From the NCBI GenBank assembly GCA_964019335.1, contig OZ025656.1, forward strand, positions 62,001-126,000: a stretch of 64,000 nt of DNA, given 5' to 3'. Positions 59,231 through 64,000 of this stretch are shown piece by piece (within the stretch, counting starts at the first letter, position 1; each line of letters starts with the position of its first letter). Position numbers and translations under genes: made by a program. The notes under the pieces were generated by a model. The model ran no database searches and had not been told where the DNA came from. It was given only the letters and a program-made list of their open reading frames with translations. Origin of the DNA: Diplonema japonicum (lineage: Eukaryota; Protista; Euglenozoa: Diplonemea).

Positions 59231-59800
59231 TGCATATCCTCACAAAAGAAAATTAGTAAATTCACCTTGTTTTATTCTAAGGGTCACGTCTATTCCAGTC
59301 AGTGTAGGGGGTTTTTTTTTTTCATTTCTTTTTTTTTTCTTTGTCCATACACTTTGTTATTATTACCCCCCTCATCTCTACCCGTTCCTTACTTCATGTC
59401 TGCTCCCAACCCAAGCCAGCAACGTAAGGCATTTGTGATTGTATCCATATTTTCTTTTCTCTTTCCAGCATCCCTTTTCAAAAAAAAGGGGGGGGGGAAG
59501 AAACCGACCCCCTCCAAGAGTAATTTTCTTTTTTACCTCATCCAAGAGCAAACAAAAATTCCAAGTCAAGCAAGAAAAAAAAAAAAGAAATAAAAATAGA
59601 ATGGAAAAAAAAAAAAAAGAAAAAAAAGAAAAAAAGCCCCCTTCCCCGCCCTTTTTTTTTTGTTTCTTGAGAAAGTTCTTTTTTTTGATTTCTATTTTTT
59701 TTTTTTTCACTCCCTTTTTTTTTTGTTTTGTTCCCACCTCATTTTTTTTTTCCCCTCATATATATATATATTTTTTTTTGTGTATTGTCCATCGTTACGC
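56720..59800. other. 3-kb homopolymer-rich spacer / probable long UTR
   Basis: Poly-A/T runs up to ~30 nt; G20 at 58843-58862; no credible ORF. Confidence 0.6.
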
Positions 59801-59816
59801 ATTTAGGGCCTTATGT

Positions 59817-60305
59817 ATGGGTGGGCAGGAATGGCACCAGGAAGACAAGTGGGGAGTTGATGAGTGGCTGAAAGATGTTGCAGAGAGCAGTGCGGATGCG
59901 ACGACAGTAGAGGGTGAAGGGGGTATTTTAGAGGAACTTGGCGTGTCTGGAGTAACAACACTGGAGGGTGAAGGAGAAGTCTTGAGACGGCTAGACTGCA
60001 CCGAAACAGATGCTGTGGAGTCCATCATCACTATGGATGGGGAAGAAAACATCATCGAAGAATTGAGCAGAGAACCCGCCATCCTCCTCAGCAGCTTCTT
60101 CAAGTCTCTCCTCGTGAGGGAAGTCTTCTACACACTATGCTACACAAACGGCGCACAGGTCCCAACACCCGACTACCCAGCTTATCTCCAACAACAACTC
60201 AGTACACAAGACCCCACCCCACCTGTTCCTAGTACATCCACGCCTCACGGTGCTTCCTCGACCAGGCATGTTCGTGCCTATAATAAAGAGGCTTTACAGG
60301 TGTGA
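59817..60305 (+). CDS. Small acidic hypothetical protein with three ~18-aa repeats (~162 aa)
   Basis: ATG after a long T tract and AG; TTVEGEGGILEEL / TTLEGEGEVLRRL / ITMDGEENIIEEL. Confidence 0.6.
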   Translation: MGGQEWHQEDKWGVDEWLKDVAESSADATTVEGEGGILEELGVSGVTTLEGEGEVLRRLDCTETDAVESIITMDGEENIIEELSREPAILLSSFFKSLLVREVFYTLCYTNGAQVPTPDYPAYLQQQLSTQDPTPPVPSTSTPHGASSTRHVRAYNKEALQV

Positions 60306-60584
60306 ATAATTAACAAGGGATGAAGAGGGTAAAAGGGGGAATACAGATTTTCAAAGAATGGCTTGCTAAAAAGGACGGTAAGCAAGACGAAGCTGGTGAG
60401 GATGGTGGGGAAGCGAGGTCGGCGGAGTAAAGGAGAAAGAAACAAAAAAAAAAAGAGGTGGGGGGTTTTTTTTTTATTTAATGTAATGTTTGCCCCCCCT
60501 TTTTTTTGTTGTTCTTTTTCCTTAACGGGCGCACTTTCTTATTCCTTTCCTCGATGACTCCTAACCTTTCGAAGGGATAGGAAT

Positions 60585-62411
60585 ATGAAGCGGCTGCTGG
60601 TGCTATGCGCGGCTGTTGCAGCATGCGAAGGCCGTGTGCTGTACGGTCAGGTGCTGACGGGAGATGTGCAGCTGTGCAACGAGAGCAGCAAGTTGGACCT
60701 GATGCTTGTGCTCGAGGAGGACGGGGATGTGGTGCGAGACGTGGCCAGACGGGTCTCGGATCCGAAGGGTGCGGAGTACGGCGCGTATAAGACATCAGCA
60801 GAGGTCCGTGCCATGACTTCCCCTACAAAGGAGTGCATGAGATCCCTTGCTGTGTGGGCCTCTTCGGCTGGTGTCACGCTCGCACCTGGCACTAGCATCG
60901 TCCCCCTGCAGACCACTGTCGCACGTGCCGCACAACTCTTCAACACCACGTTCCACGAAACTGTGATCGACTCCACAACCTACAGACGCTCGGCCCGGCA
61001 CCTCATCCAGGTCCCCCCTTGCGTGAGGAGTGTCCTTGGCATCTTCGGCCTCCCTCCCAAAGCCCTTGCGCCTCGCCAGCCGCGCACTGTGCCTCTCACA
61101 GACCCCGTCACTCCTGACACTCTGAAGTCCTTATACCGCATCACCCAAGGCATCAACCGCACAGCCGCAGGCACACGGGCTGTTGTCGAACTGTCGGGCC
61201 AGTTAGTTAACAAGAAGGACCTCGCGACCTTTTTCAGCAGATATGTCAGCGGCGCAGAGGCTGGTGACGACACCATCGCAGCGTGGGTGGGCCAGAACTA
61301 CACCCCCGGGGCAAGCTACAGCTCCCTCACGGAGCTCGAGTACATGATGGGTGTTGCACCAGGCGTCTCGACACAGTACTGGTCCTTCACTGGCACTGAC
61401 TTTTGTCAGCAACTCCTCACATGGCTCGAGAAAGCTGTAGAAGCCCCTGTGGGCGTCTTCTCGCTAGCATACGGCTGGCAGGGTGACCTCGACCTCGTGG
61501 GCTGTCCCACATCTGCCCAGAACGCTGTTGAGACGTCCTTTGCAAGGCTTGCTGCCATTGGGTCGACTGTCATCATGGCGTCGGGGGACAATGGGGCAGG
61601 CTTGGATACCACGGGTTGCACAGTAGCCAAGCCTCTTTACTATACCGGGGACGTGATCGCAGGCCCTCAAGTGGTGAACAGCAGCAATGAATGCTGCAAG
61701 ATGTGTGGTGCACTGCCTGAGTGCACTTACTGGACTGCAAACATCAGCTATACAGGTGCACCGTCGCAATGTTCGATGTTCCGGAACGGGACACCGCACG
61801 CTACTCCTATCAAAAAAGAGTGGTTTGCAGCAAGCGGCGGAAGACCTACGTTGCGTCTTTGGCCATCGTGGCCTTCTTCGAGTGATTTTGTAACAGCGGT
61901 GGGTGGCACTTCACTTTCCGGTAACGCAGAAGTGTCAAGCACAGGGTTCGGCAGTGGCGGTGGATTCAGCGAGTACCTCAGCATCCCAGGGTGGCAAGCG
62001 AATGCTGTGCAGAAATACTTTGAACAACCTATGCAGTTCCCCCCTAATGGCACATATCCAATGATGGGCCGTGGTGTCCCTGATGTCGCACTGCTTGCGG
62101 AGCAGTATACGGTAATTAGCAACGGCCAACCTATTGTCATGCAGGGTACAGAGGCATCAGCGGCTGTGTTTGCTGGCATGATCAGTACGCTGAACTCCAT
62201 TCGTTTGGGGAAAGGTCAGCCAATGCTGGGGAGCCTCAACCCGTGGCTGTACGGCACTGCGTACCGCGCCTTCAGGGACATCACGGTGGGGAGCAATGCG
62301 TTGGACAGCTTCGGGAAGCCCTTGGCCTACGGGTGGGACGCTTCGTTAGGATGGGACCCTGTCACAGGGTGGGGGTCCCCGAACTTCGCTGAGCTGATGA
62401 CGTACATATGA
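60585..62411 (+). CDS. Secreted S53 (sedolisin/tripeptidyl-peptidase I) homolog with PAN/Apple insertion; catalytic residues substituted (608 aa)
   Basis: Signal peptide; pro-domain VSDP..YGAY; ASGDNG, VTAVGGT, SGGGFS, GRGVPDVA, GWDPVTGWGSPNF. Intronless. Confidence 0.9.
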   Translation: MKRLLVLCAAVAACEGRVLYGQVLTGDVQLCNESSKLDLMLVLEEDGDVVRDVARRVSDPKGAEYGAYKTSAEVRAMTSPTKECMRSLAVWASSAGVTLAPGTSIVPLQTTVARAAQLFNTTFHETVIDSTTYRRSARHLIQVPPCVRSVLGIFGLPPKALAPRQPRTVPLTDPVTPDTLKSLYRITQGINRTAAGTRAVVELSGQLVNKKDLATFFSRYVSGAEAGDDTIAAWVGQNYTPGASYSSLTELEYMMGVAPGVSTQYWSFTGTDFCQQLLTWLEKAVEAPVGVFSLAYGWQGDLDLVGCPTSAQNAVETSFARLAAIGSTVIMASGDNGAGLDTTGCTVAKPLYYTGDVIAGPQVVNSSNECCKMCGALPECTYWTANISYTGAPSQCSMFRNGTPHATPIKKEWFAASGGRPTLRLWPSWPSSSDFVTAVGGTSLSGNAEVSSTGFGSGGGFSEYLSIPGWQANAVQKYFEQPMQFPPNGTYPMMGRGVPDVALLAEQYTVISNGQPIVMQGTEASAAVFAGMISTLNSIRLGKGQPMLGSLNPWLYGTAYRAFRDITVGSNALDSFGKPLAYGWDASLGWDPVTGWGSPNFAELMTYI

Positions 62412-62533
62412 TCGCGTCACTCTGCATGTGACCCGCGTGATGCTTTCCTAGTTACATGGGCCTGGCCTGTACACTGTCTATTGTTACGTGTTTTAAACCT
62501 TTCTTCTTACACTATATACATGTAGGCCGCCAT

Positions 62534-63268
62534 ATGTCTGTTGTTTCGCAGGCAGTGTCAAAGGCGCGGTCTGATACCGATGTGAAGATGCTCTGCAAGC
62601 ATGGCTGTGAGCGGCCGAATGGGAGTTCATGCAGGTGTGGATTTGAGGAATAACATAAAGTTAAGTACATGTAACACAGATTGAGGAGGTTGCAAGCGGA
62701 GTGGGAGAAAGAGGTCAGCGCGATGAACGCCATCAACGAGGCGTCGAAGGGGCTACATGCCAGGAAGGACAGGCTGTATGAGAAATTGACTCGCAAGGAC
62801 ACCTCCTCGAGGAAACACAAAAACTTCACTACAACTTCAGAAATGAGGTTTGTAGTGCAAGACCCGTGGCAGCCCTACAGACACAACCCTGGGAGGTCTT
62901 CGCGACGGACAGCCTTTGTCGCTGACTATGGTGGGAACCTGTACACAGGGCCTGAAAGACAGTCAGAAGAACTTCGCAATCAAAATCTCATAACAACTAC
63001 CACTACCACTACCATTGCCGAGACAGCATCTCAGGGTACACCCGCTGCAACCATGAGACGGAAGCTCCCAAAACATATGAAACTGAAGTTCAACAAAGCG
63101 GGAAAGATTTTGGCCCACAAGATGCCCCCTGCAGGGATGTCCAGCACCCTGCAGCCCACCACCTACGCCGCTCTCAGCGTGCGCAGAAAGCGGTGGTACA
63201 GCGACTACAGCGGGCGGAAGATCCTCATCGACTCCTTCGACATCCCACGTGTGTCGAGCGTTGCGTGA
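62534..63268 (+). CDS. Hypothetical basic protein (~229 aa)
   Basis: Intron 62635-62679 (GTGTG..cacAG) joins two ORFs in frame. Confidence 0.65.
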
Positions 63269-63337
63269 CCTTTACAGGACGCAAGTTACCTATTTCAAAC
63301 ATACGCTTGAAATTGCAGCATCACCTTAAACAGTATC

Positions 63338-64000
63338 ATGTCAAAAGATATCCACCAGACGAGGGACCCGGTGTACACTGCAAGTGAGAGACTGGCCACA
63401 CTTGTAAGGGAAAACGCAAAAGAAGCGATTTTGAAGCAGCTCGACCCACAGGTCATGTTCCACAGCCTGACAGGCACCATCTTTGGGAATGGCATTGTGA
63501 CGAGGTCCTTACTTCGCTTTTGCGAGCTGGCAGGAAACAATCTTGTGATCGGGCCCACCGTGTCCTGCAAAGACCTCAAGACAGCGTGCACGTCTCTGTC
63601 AGTGTTCGACCTGGTGCTGCAAGACACAGTAACCATCAACCACTCCCTCCTCATCACGAACATCGTGCGGCGGAGGGTTCCCAGCCTCAAAAAAACCACC
63701 CACAATAGCAGGCAACAGACGCAGCAGTTCCTACGATCGTTGCTGGAAGGCATCACCCCGAGGCACAACCACCGGTATCCTGTACTGGACTTCAGCTACA
63801 GGCACTTGGTATGAAGGAAGCCAACACACCATGGCAACAGGATCGTGCCAGAGACCTTTTTGTAATTCCACCGCGTGTGGGGAGGAAACACGTGTTTGTC
63901 ATACCGGTAAAGGCTGCTGCTGAGAAGGGGGTTGCAACGCAGGTAAAGGAGACGGAAGACCCTGAAGAAGACACCATCATGATCAAAGGGAAGAATCGTG
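63338..64000 (+). CDS. Hypothetical protein, 5' part (runs off the window)
   Basis: ORF from 63338; intron 63809-63840; frame stays open to the window end. Confidence 0.7.

Noticed and set aside
56887-59737. ORFs in the A/T-run spacer
   Set aside because: Poly-Lys/Phe artefacts of homopolymer tracts.
10897-63840. Frame breaks as pseudogenes, programmed frameshifts or a variant genetic code
   Set aside because: Each break is resolved by a GT-AG micro-intron giving a spliced length divisible by three, and TAA, TAG and TGA all terminate genes.
1-64000. tRNA, rRNA or full SL RNA genes
   Set aside because: No T-loop/cloverleaf, rRNA signature or complete SL exon followed by GT was seen by eye.

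Overview
Eukaryotic nuclear DNA in two compartments. (1) 1-~9.6 kb has no intact gene. It is a mosaic of short, nested, direct and inverted repeats, many bounded by CAGTG/CAGGGG...CACTG ends, and is strongly CpG-depleted with CpG-to-TpG/CpA differences between copies. (2) ~9.8-64 kb holds 22 protein genes, all on the + strand, many separated by only ~70-140 nt. I reconstructed 49 tiny (31-51 nt) GT-AG introns by hand, mostly GTATG...[A/C-rich]...CAG, and these explain the apparent frameshifts in the ORF track. Recognisable genes: GAS2-like, VPS52, CCT3, NUP62, PP1 catalytic subunit, a COG0523/CobW GTPase, NEMF/Rqc2, an HPAT/SERGT-type glycosyltransferase and an S53 peptidase homolog. Unidirectional packing suggests a polycistronic, SL-trans-splicing euglenozoan (diplonemid-like); this is an inference, not an identification. 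Most notable: a protein with a degenerate kinesin motor between two dynein-stalk microtubule-binding-like domains; a degenerate threonine synthase fused to an APH/hydroxylysine-type kinase; a 7TM-ankyrin fusion; the 3'-biased micro-intron system; and the repeat-restricted CpG decay. All domain calls are by eye, with no database searches.
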